A program made the translations under genes and the position numbers. Positions 40,319 through 49,560 of a DNA stretch of 64,000 bases are shown here, piece after piece. A model generated the notes under the pieces. The model was not told where the DNA came from and did not search any database. It was given only the letters and a program-made list of their open reading frames with translations. Origin of the DNA: an uncultured Acidobacteriota bacterium. GTDB taxonomy: Bacteria; Acidobacteriota; Thermoanaerobaculia; Multivoradales; JAGPDF01. Each line of letters opens with the position of its first letter. Positions within the stretch are counted from its first letter, which is position 1. The stretch spans positions 288,308 through 352,307 of the forward strand of contig CAVOXC010000011.1 in the NCBI GenBank assembly GCA_963700315.1. Direction: 5' to 3'.

Positions 40319-40334
40319 CGTTTCACGTGAAACC
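40319..40334. other. parS centromere-like site
   Basis: CGTTTCACGTGAAACC matches 14/16 of the consensus TGTTTCACGTGAAACA, and the 14-bp core is a perfect palindrome. It lies just upstream of parAB and overlaps the proposed rsmG GTG start. Confidence 0.7.
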
Positions 40335-41007
40335 CGAGGGGCGGCAGGGCGCTCGGGGGGTCGGTGGCGGCATCGCTCCAATCGACCTGGACAGATTCGC
40401 CGCGCGGCTGCTCGGGGCGGCGCCCGGGGCCGGTCTCGAGCCTCGCGCCATCGCCGCCCTGCACGCCCACTACCTGGAGCTCGGCCACTGGAGCGCGCGT
40501 ATCGACCTGATCGGGCCGGGCGCGGCCGCGGAGCTGTTCGAGCGGCACTACGCCGAGTCGCTGGCGGCGCTGCCGTTCCTGCCCGGCGCGCCCGCGCGCC
40601 TGGTCGATCTCGGCAGCGGCGCCGGTTTCCCCGGCTTCGTCCTGGCGGCCGCCCGCCCCGACCTCGAGGTCATACTGGTGGAACCCCGGCAGAAGCGGCG
40701 GGCTTTTCTCGCTGCCGCCGCCCGCCGGGCCGCGTTGTCGTGCCGCTGCCTCGATGCTAGAGTCTCGCCGAACGCCCCCCCGGAGCTTCCCGATGGCATC
40801 GACATGGTGACAATGCGAGCGTTGCGCCTCGAACGGCCCGCGCTGGAGCGGCTTCTGCCGCACCTCTTGCCCGGCGGCCGGATTCTCGCCTGGTGTGGCC
40901 GGGACGGCCTCGATCTTCCCACCGGCCTGCGCGCCGGGCGAGTTCTCCCGCTCCCCCGGAGCGACCACCGATCGATCCGAGAGTACGAACGGACCGACGC
41001 GCGATGA
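40327..41007 (+). CDS. rsmG: 16S rRNA (guanine527-N7)-methyltransferase
   Basis: ELFERHYAESLAALPFLPGAPARLVDLGSGAGFPGFVLAAARPDLEVILVEPRQKRRAFL. GTG 40327 is the first start after the jag stop. The track ORF from 40084 overlaps jag. Confidence 0.85.
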   Translation: MKPEGRQGARGVGGGIAPIDLDRFAARLLGAAPGAGLEPRAIAALHAHYLELGHWSARIDLIGPGAAAELFERHYAESLAALPFLPGAPARLVDLGSGAGFPGFVLAAARPDLEVILVEPRQKRRAFLAAAARRAALSCRCLDARVSPNAPPELPDGIDMVTMRALRLERPALERLLPHLLPGGRILAWCGRDGLDLPTGLRAGRVLPLPRSDHRSIREYERTDAR

Positions 41008-41762
41008 GCCGAATCCTGGCGATCGCCAACCAGAAGGGCGGGGTGGGCAAGACGACCAGCGCGATCAATCTCGGGGCGGCGCTCGCCGCGCTGGAGCGCC
41101 GGGTACTCCTCGTCGACTGCGACCCCCAAGGCAACGCCACGCGAGGGCTCGGGCAGGAGGCGACCCCGCCCCATCTCTACCAGGTGCTCACCGGCCAGGC
41201 CGACGCGGGCGCCGCGGTTCGGGCGAGTGGCTTTCCCAACCTGGACTTGCTGCCGGCAAACCGCGAGCTTGTCGGTGTCGAGATCGAATTCGTCGGCCTG
41301 GAGCGGTGGCAGACCCGCCTCGCCGAGGCCCTGGAACCGGTCGCCGCCGCCTACGACTGGGTCCTTCTCGACTGTCCGCCATCGCTCGGGCACCTCACCG
41401 TCCTCGCGCTGGTGGCGGCTGGCGGCGTCCTGGTGCCGCTCCAGTGCGAATACTTCGCGCTCGAAGGCGTCAGCGAGCTCGTTTCGACAGTCGGTAGGGT
41501 GGGTGCGAGTCTCAATCCCGGGCTCGAGATCGTGGGGATCCTGCTGACCATGTACGACGACCGCATGAACCTGACCAAGGACGTCGAGCGCGAGATCCGC
41601 CGACATTTCGGCCCCAAGGCGCTCGAGACGGTCGTGCCGCGCAACGTGCGCCTGGCCGAAGCCCCGAGCCATGGCCTGCCGATCCTGGGCTACGACATCC
41701 GGAGCCGCGGCGCCGAGGCCTACCTCGCCCTCGCGCGTGAGCTCGACGGAGGCTCGTCATGA
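41004..41762 (+). CDS. parA: Chromosome partitioning ATPase ParA (Soj)
   Basis: MSRILAIANQKGGVGKTTSAINLGAALA carries the deviant Walker A motif. Its ATG overlaps the rsmG TGA. Confidence 0.93.
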   Translation: MSRILAIANQKGGVGKTTSAINLGAALAALERRVLLVDCDPQGNATRGLGQEATPPHLYQVLTGQADAGAAVRASGFPNLDLLPANRELVGVEIEFVGLERWQTRLAEALEPVAAAYDWVLLDCPPSLGHLTVLALVAAGGVLVPLQCEYFALEGVSELVSTVGRVGASLNPGLEIVGILLTMYDDRMNLTKDVEREIRRHFGPKALETVVPRNVRLAEAPSHGLPILGYDIRSRGAEAYLALARELDGGSS

Positions 41763-42619
41763 CCGACAAGCGCCGGGGCCTCGGTCGCGGGCTCTCCGCG
41801 CTGCTGCCCGCCGACGAGGGCGTGCGCGCGCTGCCCATCGACAAGCTCCAACCGAGCCGGCAACAGCCCCGCTCCAGTTTCGACGACGGTGGCCTCGACG
41901 ACCTCGCGGCGTCGATCCGCGCCCAAGGAGTCATCCAGCCGCTGATCGTCACCCCTTCCGGCGCCGGGGGCTACACGATCGTCGCCGGGGAGCGCCGCTG
42001 GCGGGCGGCGCGGCGCGCCGGGCTCAAGGTTGTCCCGGTCGTCGTGCGCCAGGTGCGCGACGACCGCCAGCAGCTCGAGCTGGCGCTTGTCGAGAACCTC
42101 CAGCGAGCGGACCTCAATCCAATGGAAGAGGCCGAGGCGTTTCGATCGCTTCAGGAGAGCTTTGGCCTCTCCCACGAGGAGATCGCCGAGAGGGTCGGGC
42201 GTGCGCGGCCGGCGGTGACCAACACACTGCGCTTGCTCAAGCTGCCGTCCGCGGTCCAGGACATGCTTCGGTCGGGCCAACTGACCGCCGGTCAGGCCCG
42301 CCCCATGCTTGCTCTTGACGATCCCGAAGCGATCCTCCGGATGGCTGAGCGTGCGGTTACCGAGGGGCTCTCGGCGCGAGCGCTCGAGGCGCTCGCCGGC
42401 GCTGCGCTGGCGCGGACCGGCGTGCGCAAGAAGCGCAAGCCGAAACCGGCGGAGCCGCACGCTGCGGCCGCCGCCGAGCGCCTGACCCAGCTGCTCCAGA
42501 CCAAGGTCGCGATCGACCGCCGGCGCAGAGGCGGCCAGATCCGTATCCAGTTCCACTCCGAGGAGGAGTTGATGCGCCTCTACGACCTCCTCGCCGCAAC
42601 CGGAGAGCACCGACGATGA
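41759..42619 (+). CDS. parB: Chromosome partitioning protein ParB (Spo0J)
   Basis: [13 protein letters not shown], the GERRWRAA box and an HTH region. Confidence 0.93.
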   Translation: MTDKRRGLGRGLSALLPADEGVRALPIDKLQPSRQQPRSSFDDGGLDDLAASIRAQGVIQPLIVTPSGAGGYTIVAGERRWRAARRAGLKVVPVVVRQVRDDRQQLELALVENLQRADLNPMEEAEAFRSLQESFGLSHEEIAERVGRARPAVTNTLRLLKLPSAVQDMLRSGQLTAGQARPMLALDDPEAILRMAERAVTEGLSARALEALAGAALARTGVRKKRKPKPAEPHAAAAAERLTQLLQTKVAIDRRRRGGQIRIQFHSEEELMRLYDLLAATGEHRR

Positions 42620-43044
42620 GCTTCCGAATCAAAGGCAGCGCAGGAGAGCTGAACGGGATCCTCGACTCCGGCAGCCACCTGACCGGCGAGCTCCACTTCG
42701 AGCAGACTTTCCGCGTCGACGGCCGCATCACCGGCAAGGTGATCTCGAACGGCGACCTGGTGGTGGGCGAGAGGGGGGAGATCGAGGGTGAGATCCTGGT
42801 CGGCCGGGCTTTCATCGCGGGCACGGTACGGGGCCGGATCGAAACCCGGCGCCGACTCGAGATCTCCGCCGGGGGCAGGGTCTTTGCCGACCTCGTGACG
42901 CCCGCGCTGCTGATCGAGGACGGTGCGCGCTTCGAAGGCAAGTGCGCGATGGAGCGCCCGGAAGAGACCGCGCCTTCCGCCGCGATGGCCGAAGAGCCGG
43001 GGGCGAAAGTCGTCGGTAGGATCGCCGCGGTCAAGGAGCGCTAG
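42616..43044 (+). CDS. Bactofilin-family cytoskeletal protein
   Basis: Repetitive beta-helix pattern FRVDGRITGKVISNGDLVVGERGEIEGEILVGRAFIAGTVRGRIETRRRLEISAGGRVFADLVTPALLIEDGARFEG. Its ATG overlaps the parB TGA. Confidence 0.8.
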   Translation: MSFRIKGSAGELNGILDSGSHLTGELHFEQTFRVDGRITGKVISNGDLVVGERGEIEGEILVGRAFIAGTVRGRIETRRRLEISAGGRVFADLVTPALLIEDGARFEGKCAMERPEETAPSAAMAEEPGAKVVGRIAAVKER

Positions 43045-44698
43045 CGGCGGCCGGTCCCGGCAGTCCGTCGTACGAGGGTACGAAGGTGAGCGGCCGGCGC
43101 TGCAATAGCGCTGGCTCGAAGGCTCCCGCCAGCACCTTGCCATCCGCGTCGCGCGGCACCGGCAGAGCCAGCGCGTAGAGCAGGGTCGGCGCGACATCCG
43201 AGATCGAGCCTCCCTGCAGCTGCACGCCGGGCCGGATGCCTTCGCCGCGCAGGAGCAGGAAGCCGTCGGCCGCGCCGCCGATGCGTCCCCTCAACCGCGG
43301 CCGGCCGGCGAGATCGAGCAAGATCCGCTCGAGCCTGCTCGGCGCCGAGACCCCATAGGCCGAGGCCACCGCCAAGAGCCGCGGCTCGGGCAGCTCCGCC
43401 CAGAGCTCGGCGATTGCCTCGTCGAGGCCGGCGTAGTAGGCGATCAGGGCGTCGGCGGCACGGCGCGCCGCCGACGAGCGCTCCCCTTCGAATTGAGCCG
43501 CCTGGAAACCGCCGTAGAGCTCGAGCGAGGCGCGCTCGAGGCCATCGAGGCGAACGAACAACAGTCGATCGTCGGCCGCGAGCTGCGCGTTCGCAGCGGC
43601 GAGTCGCGCACGGTCCGCCGCGAGCGGCGCCGCGAGCTCTTCGGCGCCGACGAGCTCGAGCTCCCGCTCCGCGTTGGAGCGAGGCAGCGCGACCCCAGGC
43701 CCTGCGGGGGGCGGGCCGAGCGGCGGTCGAAAACCGACGGCCAAAGCGCCGCGGCCGAGCCGGAGCAGCAGCGTCCAGAGCGGCAGAGCGGCAAGGTCCT
43801 CCGGCGACTCCGCACGGGAGCGTCCGCCCGGAACGCCCCAGCTGCGGAAGCCGAGACCGATCGGAAGGAGTCGCAGAGGCTCGGTCCGGTCCTGCCAGGG
43901 AGCGACCACGACGTCGGTGCCGACCAAGCGGTGCCGGAACGGCAGCTTGCCGGTGGCGAGGGTCGCCTCCAGCGCGGTCGGCCGGGCCGGCGCGAATACG
44001 GCGAGGCGTCCGCGCGCGCCGCGCGCGAGCGAGTCGGCGAAGAACGGGAGCCGCCCCTGCTGCGCCAACGGCAAGATCACGTCGAGCGTCGCGGTCGGCA
44101 GCACCACGACCACGAGCCGCGGCGACCCCTCGCTCGCCAACCCGATGAAGCGTGGCAGCGCCGGCGCGATCGGCCGGAAGCTCGTCCGCCGATCGAAGAG
44201 CGCATAGACAGTGCCGAGCGCGACCAGCAGGAGCAGCACTCGGCTGCGCAAGCCATAGCGGCGGCGGTGCAGCGTGTGGAGCAGCGCCGTGTAGAAGAAC
44301 AGGAGAGCGCCCAGCGTCAGCCAGAGGGCGGTCTTGATCAGCTGGACGTTGATGCCCGGCGGCAGGTAGTAGGTGTAGTACGAGGCGTGCACCCAGTCGC
44401 CGAGCGCGCCCAGGATGGCGACCAGCGAAAGGCTCCACGGCACCAGTCGGCGCACCTCGACGCGGCGCCAGCGCGCGATTCCCAGGTGGGCGGCGAGCGC
44501 CAACGGAGCGAGCAGCAGGCTGTAGATCGCGGTGCCTGAGAGCAGCGCGGTGATCGTCAGCGGCAACTCGGGGTTGAGGAAGAGCAGCAGCCCCTCGAGA
44601 TGCGCGCCGGCGAAAACCGCGGCGACAAGGGGAAGGCCCCAGGCCTCGAGGCGAGCCCAGCCGGCACGACCGAGGCCGAAGCGTCTGTTAGAGTCCAC
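43031..44698 (-). CDS. Polytopic membrane protein with C-terminal alkaline-phosphatase-superfamily (nucleotide pyrophosphatase-like) domain
   Basis: About 5 N-terminal TM segments, then LVVVVLPTATLDVILP... and the C-terminal ...GGSISDVAPTLLYALALPVPRDADGKVL typical of type-I phosphodiesterase/sulfatase folds. Confidence 0.6.
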   Translation of the reverse strand: MDSNRRFGLGRAGWARLEAWGLPLVAAVFAGAHLEGLLLFLNPELPLTITALLSGTAIYSLLLAPLALAAHLGIARWRRVEVRRLVPWSLSLVAILGALGDWVHASYYTYYLPPGINVQLIKTALWLTLGALLFFYTALLHTLHRRRYGLRSRVLLLLVALGTVYALFDRRTSFRPIAPALPRFIGLASEGSPRLVVVVLPTATLDVILPLAQQGRLPFFADSLARGARGRLAVFAPARPTALEATLATGKLPFRHRLVGTDVVVAPWQDRTEPLRLLPIGLGFRSWGVPGGRSRAESPEDLAALPLWTLLLRLGRGALAVGFRPPLGPPPAGPGVALPRSNAERELELVGAEELAAPLAADRARLAAANAQLAADDRLLFVRLDGLERASLELYGGFQAAQFEGERSSAARRAADALIAYYAGLDEAIAELWAELPEPRLLAVASAYGVSAPSRLERILLDLAGRPRLRGRIGGAADGFLLLRGEGIRPGVQLQGGSISDVAPTLLYALALPVPRDADGKVLAGAFEPALLQRRPLTFVPSYDGLPGPAAASAP

Positions 44699-44705
44699 GG
44701 CTCGA

Positions 44706-45500
44706 ATGGTCGCGCGAGACGGAGAGGCCCGGGTCGTCGCGGTCGTCGCGCGTCCGCTGCCCTACTACACGATCGAGCTCGAGGTTCCGGAGGCGTACGC
44801 CGCCACCGAGCCAGGTCATTTCGTCATGATCGAAACCCGGCCCGGGCTCGAGCCCTATCTGCGCCGCGCCTTCTCCATTCACGATGTTAGCAGAGGGCCG
44901 GAGGGCGTCCGGATCGAGCTCATGGCCAAGATCGTCGGCCGCGGCACCGCGGCGCTCGCCGTGGCGCGCCCGGGCGACCGGCTGGCGCTGCTCGGCCCCT
45001 TGGGGAATCCCTTCCCGAACCCGTTGGCCGGCACCGTGGCGCTCGTCGCCGGCGCTGTCGGCTCGGCGCCCCTGCTGCTCGATGCCCGTCGCCTGCTCGA
45101 CCGCGGCCAGCGCTTCGACCTCTTCTACGGCGGTCGCTCCGCCGTCGACCTGCCGCGCCTCGACGACTTCCGCGACCTCGCCGAGCGCTCGGGTGGCGAG
45201 ACGATCGCCACCACCGAGGACGGCAGCGCCGGCGCGCGCGGGCTGGTCACCGAGCCGCTCGCCGAACGGCTCGCCGCCGGCGGCTACGCGACGCTGCACG
45301 CTTGCGGACCGATGGGCCTGCTGGCGCGCCTCGCCGCGCTCACCGCCGATCGCGACATCGCCGCGTTCGGCGCGCTCGAGACCGAGATGGGCTGCGGCTT
45401 CGGCGCTTGTCTCGGCTGCGCGGTGCCGCATGTCTCGGGTCGCTTCGCGCTCTGCTGCAAGGAGGGCCCGGTCTTCGCGCTCGACGAGGTGCGTTGGTGA
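44706..45500 (+). CDS. pyrK: Dihydroorotate dehydrogenase B electron-transfer subunit
   Basis: FAD/NAD ferredoxin-reductase fold (RRAFSIHDV, LLGPLGNPF) and the C-terminal 2Fe-2S motif CGFGACLGCAV...CCKEGPVF. ATG 44706. Confidence 0.85.
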   Translation: MVARDGEARVVAVVARPLPYYTIELEVPEAYAATEPGHFVMIETRPGLEPYLRRAFSIHDVSRGPEGVRIELMAKIVGRGTAALAVARPGDRLALLGPLGNPFPNPLAGTVALVAGAVGSAPLLLDARRLLDRGQRFDLFYGGRSAVDLPRLDDFRDLAERSGGETIATTEDGSAGARGLVTEPLAERLAAGGYATLHACGPMGLLARLAALTADRDIAAFGALETEMGCGFGACLGCAVPHVSGRFALCCKEGPVFALDEVRW

Positions 45501-46429
45501 GCGCTGCCCCTTCGCTCGCGGTACGTCTCGGCCCGCTCGAGCTAACCAACCCGATCCTGACCGCGAGCGGCACGTTCGGCTACGGTCTCGAGTTCGCTCA
45601 CTTGGCGAACCTCGAGCTGCTCGGCGGGCTGGTGACCAAGGGCCTGTCGCTCGAGCCGCTGCCGGGCAATCCACCGCCGCGCATCGGCGAGACGCGCGGC
45701 GGCGTACTGAACTCGATCGGCCTTCAAAACATCGGCATCGAGCGCTTCCTCGCCGATGTGTTGCCCGGCCTCGCGCATCTGCCCGGGCGCATCGTCGTGA
45801 ACCTTTTCGGCTACGAGCTCGACGACTACCCGCGCCTGGCGGAGAGGGTCGAGTCGTCCGCCGGCATCGCTGCGGTCGAGCTGAATGTCTCCTGCCCCAA
45901 CGTCAAGAGAGGGGGGATCGAGTTCGGCCACGACCCGGAGGTGCTCCACCGCCTGGTCGCCGCGGTGCGCGCCGCGACCTCGAAGCCTGTCATCGTCAAG
46001 CTCTCGCCCAACGTCGCGCGCCCGTGGGAGCTCGGCGAAGCGGCCAAAGCCGGCGGCGCCGACATCCTCTCGGCGATCAACACCGTGCTCGCCATGTCGA
46101 TCGATCCCTGGACCCGGCGGCCCCGCCTCCACACCGGGCGCGGCGGACTGTCGGGCCCGGCGATCCGGCCGATCGCCGTGCGCGTGGTCTATGACGTTGC
46201 TCGCCGCGTCGGCTTGCCGGTGATCGGCATCGGCGGCGTCGAGACGGTGGACGACGTCGTCGAGTTCCTGCTCGCCGGCGCCTCGGCGGTTCAAGTCGGC
46301 ACGGCGCTCTTTCGTGATCCACGCGCCGCCGAACGGCTGGTCGCCGGGCTCGGCGAGCGACTGATCGCGCTCGGTTGCGAGCGCGTCAGCGACCTCGTCG
46401 GGGCGGTGCGCCCCTGGGAGGAGGGATGA
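45497..46429 (+). CDS. pyrD: Dihydroorotate dehydrogenase B catalytic subunit
   Basis: LTNPILTASGTFGYG, ELNVSCPNV, GGLSGPAIRPIA and IGIGGV. Its GTG overlaps the pyrK TGA. Confidence 0.9.
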   Translation: MSAAPSLAVRLGPLELTNPILTASGTFGYGLEFAHLANLELLGGLVTKGLSLEPLPGNPPPRIGETRGGVLNSIGLQNIGIERFLADVLPGLAHLPGRIVVNLFGYELDDYPRLAERVESSAGIAAVELNVSCPNVKRGGIEFGHDPEVLHRLVAAVRAATSKPVIVKLSPNVARPWELGEAAKAGGADILSAINTVLAMSIDPWTRRPRLHTGRGGLSGPAIRPIAVRVVYDVARRVGLPVIGIGGVETVDDVVEFLLAGASAVQVGTALFRDPRAAERLVAGLGERLIALGCERVSDLVGAVRPWEEG

Positions 46430-47124
46430 GCGCGCTCGAGCGCGTCGCGGTGGCGCTCGATACCGCCGACCGCCGTGAGTTCGGCGCGTGGGCCGAGCGC
46501 TTCGGCCCGCGGGTCGGCGCGCTCAAGGTCGGCCTCGAGGCCTTCGTGCGCTGGGGGCCCGACGCGGTGGTCGAGGCGCGTCGTCACGCGCGCGCCCTCT
46601 TTCTCGATCTCAAGCTCCACGACATTCCCAACACCGTCGCCGGCGCGGTCGCCGCGGCGCGCGATCTCGGGGTCGACCTGCTGACGATCCACGCCGGCGG
46701 TGGAGCGGCGACGATCGAAGCCGCCGCGCGCGCGGCCGAGGGGGGCCCGACGATCCTCGCCGTGACGGTCTTGACCCACCTCGATGAGGACGAGCTAGCT
46801 CGACTGGGGCTGCCCGGCTCGCCCGCCGAGCGGGCTCTCGCCTGGGTCCGGTTGGCGCGCGCGGCGGGAGCCGGCGGCGCCGTCTGCTCGCCACGCGAGC
46901 TCGCCACGCTGCGCGCCGAAGCGCCCTCGCCGTTCCTCCTGGTGACGCCCGGGATCCGCCCCGCGGGGGCCTCGGCCGACGACCAGCGCCGCACCGCGAC
47001 CCCGGCTGCGGCGATCGCGGCGGGCGCGGACCTGCTCGTCGTCGGGCGGCCGCTGACGCGTGCCGCCGACCCGGACGCGGCGCTGGCGGCGCTCGAATCC
47101 GAGCTCGCGGGCGCGGTCCGCTAG
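46426..47124 (+). CDS. pyrF: Orotidine 5'-phosphate decarboxylase
   Basis: VALDTAD..., ALFLDLKLHDIPNTV and LLVVGRPLT. Its ATG overlaps the pyrD TGA. Confidence 0.9.
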   Translation: MSALERVAVALDTADRREFGAWAERFGPRVGALKVGLEAFVRWGPDAVVEARRHARALFLDLKLHDIPNTVAGAVAAARDLGVDLLTIHAGGGAATIEAAARAAEGGPTILAVTVLTHLDEDELARLGLPGSPAERALAWVRLARAAGAGGAVCSPRELATLRAEAPSPFLLVTPGIRPAGASADDQRRTATPAAAIAAGADLLVVGRPLTRAADPDAALAALESELAGAVR

Positions 47125-47137
47125 AACGACAAGTCCG

Positions 47138-47506
47138 CTAGAAGATGTAGATCGGTCTCTCGACCTGCAGGTCGAAGTCCCAGTTGTAGGTGTAGCCGGG
47201 GAATTCGAGCGGCACGGTGAAGGTGGCGCGCATGCGCAGCCGCCCGCCGCCCTTGGTCGCTTCGACTTTACGCCGGTCGACCGGCAGGTTGAGCTCCGTC
47301 GCCTTGCTGAAGATGCGATTCTCGATCGTCTTGGCGTCGGTGCCTCCCGCCCACTTCGCCTGCTCGACCATGAAGTCGTAGAGCTCGGAGGTCGCGATCT
47401 TGACCGGGATCGCTTTCCAGCCGATCAGAATGCCGATCGCGAGCAGGAGGCCCCAGAGGATGCATCCGAGCTTGCTGTCGCCCGCTTCGCCCCGCCGTCT
47501 CCTCAT
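47138..47506 (-). CDS. Hypothetical single-pass membrane protein
   Basis: The N-terminal anchor is LGCILWGLLLAIGILIGW. Lower-GC codons and a plausible coding pattern. No domain recognised. Confidence 0.5.
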   Translation of the reverse strand: MRRRRGEAGDSKLGCILWGLLLAIGILIGWKAIPVKIATSELYDFMVEQAKWAGGTDAKTIENRIFSKATELNLPVDRRKVEATKGGGRLRMRATFTVPLEFPGYTYNWDFDLQVERPIYIF

Positions 47507-47541
47507 AGCGCCCCCACAATCGGTTCCGATGACGAGAGAGT

Positions 47542-48057
47542 CTAGCGCAACGGCTGCAGCCAGCGCGTGAACCGCGCCCCACCGCCCGGGGCGCGCGACC
47601 AGAGCACCAGCGCGGCGCGGCCGGCGAGAGCACTCCGCTCGACCGGACCGAAGGCGCGCGAGTCGTGCGAGCGTGCGGGCGCGTCGCCGACGAGGGCGAG
47701 AGTGCCGGCGGGCACCCAGGCCTCACCGAAGCGCTCGCCGCCGAGCGCGACGCAGCGCTTGACCAGCAGGCGTCGCCGATCCTCGGGCGAGCGGAAGACG
47801 AAGATGTCGCCGACTGCCGGCGCGCGCACGGGCAGGAGCGCCGCGAGCGGACGGGGCAGGCCGCGCGGGTCGAGCCAGCGGGTCACCAGCACCTGGTCGC
47901 CGGCCAGCAGCGCGGGCGCCATCGAGTCGCTCGAAATCGCAATCAGTCGCAGCGCGAAAGTGCGGATGAAGAGACCGGCGAGAGCGGCGACGAGCGCGAT
48001 CACCAGCGCCCGCCGCGCCGCCGGAATCAGCGCGGCAGATGAAAGGTGCGCGCCCAC
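47542..48057 (-). CDS. Signal peptidase I-like (S26), short divergent paralog
   Basis: SSDSMAPALLAGDQVLV (Ser box), LLVKRCVALGG (Lys box) and GDAPARSHDSRAFGPV. Confidence 0.7.
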   Translation of the reverse strand: MGAHLSSAALIPAARRALVIALVAALAGLFIRTFALRLIAISSDSMAPALLAGDQVLVTRWLDPRGLPRPLAALLPVRAPAVGDIFVFRSPEDRRRLLVKRCVALGGERFGEAWVPAGTLALVGDAPARSHDSRAFGPVERSALAGRAALVLWSRAPGGGARFTRWLQPLR

Positions 48058-48734
48058 CGGGTCTCGGTGGCGAAGCCCACGACCGTATTCAGGATCTCAC
48101 CCGCTTTCTGCCGCAAGCCGCGCCAGGTGCCGTCCGAAGTGCCGCCACCGAACGACCAATAGACGACCGATGCCCGACCCTTGAGATAGCGCGCTGGCAC
48201 CGTGCCCCAAAAGCGCGAATCGTAGGAGAAGTCCCGGTTGTCGCCCATGCAGAAGTACTCCCCTTGCGGCACCGTGAAGGGGCCGAAATTGTCGCGCAGC
48301 CGCCGCTGCTGATCGAGGAAGGGGAGGTTGGGATAGGTCCGCGGGTCTTTGTGCACGACGTAGTCGTCGTCCGAGACCTTCTGGCCGTTGACGTAGAGCT
48401 TCTTGTTGACGATCTGCAACGTGTCGCCGGGCAGACCGATCAACCTCTTGACCAGATCGACGGTCGGCCGCTCGACCGAGCGGAAGACGACGATGTCGCC
48501 GCGCCGCGGCTCGCGCAGCGGCAAGACCGCGCGCTCGAGGCCGCTTTCGGCCGCGCCGAAGATGAAGCGGTTGACGAACAGGTGGTCGCCGACCAGGAGC
48601 GTGTCCTCCATCGATCCGCTCGGGATGAAGAAGGTCTTGATGACGAAAGTATTCGAGAACCCGAGGAAGAGCGCGGCGATCAGCAGCGCTTCGAGGTACT
48701 CGCGGGCGGTGGAACGGGCGGGAGCCTCCGACAT
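48027..48734 (-). CDS. lepB: Signal peptidase I
   Basis: IPSGSMEDTLLVGDHLFVNRF, DLVKRLIGLPGD and GDNRDFSYDSRFWG. Confidence 0.9.
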   Translation of the reverse strand: MSEAPARSTAREYLEALLIAALFLGFSNTFVIKTFFIPSGSMEDTLLVGDHLFVNRFIFGAAESGLERAVLPLREPRRGDIVVFRSVERPTVDLVKRLIGLPGDTLQIVNKKLYVNGQKVSDDDYVVHKDPRTYPNLPFLDQQRRLRDNFGPFTVPQGEYFCMGDNRDFSYDSRFWGTVPARYLKGRASVVYWSFGGGTSDGTWRGLRQKAGEILNTVVGFATETRWARTFHLPR

Positions 48735-49152
48735 GGCCGGCGGAGCTTAACGCACGCGGCGTGCCAGCGTCGGCGCAAAGAATTCTGCGCGCGTCGAGTT
48801 GATTGGACGTCGCAGGGCGCGCCCCTTTCGCCGTCGCCCCGCCACCAGCCGGGCTCGGCCGTCCCCGCGGACGTCCAATGCCTTTGCCCGCCGCGCCGCT
48901 GCGGCAAAGCCCTGCCGACAGCACAAAACCATTGTGTTCAGGCACTTACGCTAACGCTTCGGATTTGGCAGGGGTCTTGATCTCGGTTCGGGCAACAACC
49001 ACCGGAGAGGAGGTGGCGGCGCCCCAGAGAGAAGAGACCGCAGTGCCCCGTCGGAACCGCAGTGAAGAAGTCGCCGGATCGGCCCGCCCCGTGGGCGGGC
49101 CGCCCAAACGCACGGCGGGTCGCCCCGCCATCGAAAGGAAGAGGAGATTGCA

Positions 49153-49494
49153 ATGAAGAGTCACGTCCATCGCAAGACCGCGCTTGCCCTCGCGCTCGCT
49201 TTCGCCTTCGCCGCCCTGCCGGTGGCCGCGGCGGGCGCCCAGAGCGTCAACGTCAACACCGCGACCGTCGAGCAGCTGCAGCTGCTGCCCAACGTCGGCC
49301 CCGCCGTCGCCCAGCGCATCGTCGAGCACCGCGAAGCGAACGGCCAGTTCAAGGCGAGCGAGGACCTGATGCTGGTGCGCGGCATCGGCGAGAAGTCGTT
49401 CGAGAAGCTGCGCCCCTATGTCTCGATCTCGGGGCCGACGACGCTCACCGAGAAGGTGCGCCTGCCCAAGGCCGGCGCGGAGTCGAAGGACTGA
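49153..49494 (+). CDS. comEA: ComEA-like exported helix-hairpin-helix DNA-binding protein
   Basis: Signal peptide ALALALAFAFAALPVAAAGA, then VNVNTATVEQLQLLPNVGPAVAQRIVEHREANGQFKASEDLMLVRGIGEKSFEKL. Confidence 0.8.
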   Translation: MKSHVHRKTALALALAFAFAALPVAAAGAQSVNVNTATVEQLQLLPNVGPAVAQRIVEHREANGQFKASEDLMLVRGIGEKSFEKLRPYVSISGPTTLTEKVRLPKAGAESKD

Positions 49495-49560
49495 GCGGAT
49501 GGGCCGGGGCGGGGGCGTCGAGTCCCCGCCCCGCCCGTCCCTTCGGTCCGGAGAGAGCCC

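Noticed and set aside
48964-48980. Second sigma-54-like motif (TGGCAG-GGGTC-TTGA) upstream of comEA
   Set aside because: The -12 element reads GA instead of the essentially invariant GC, so it does not meet the consensus.
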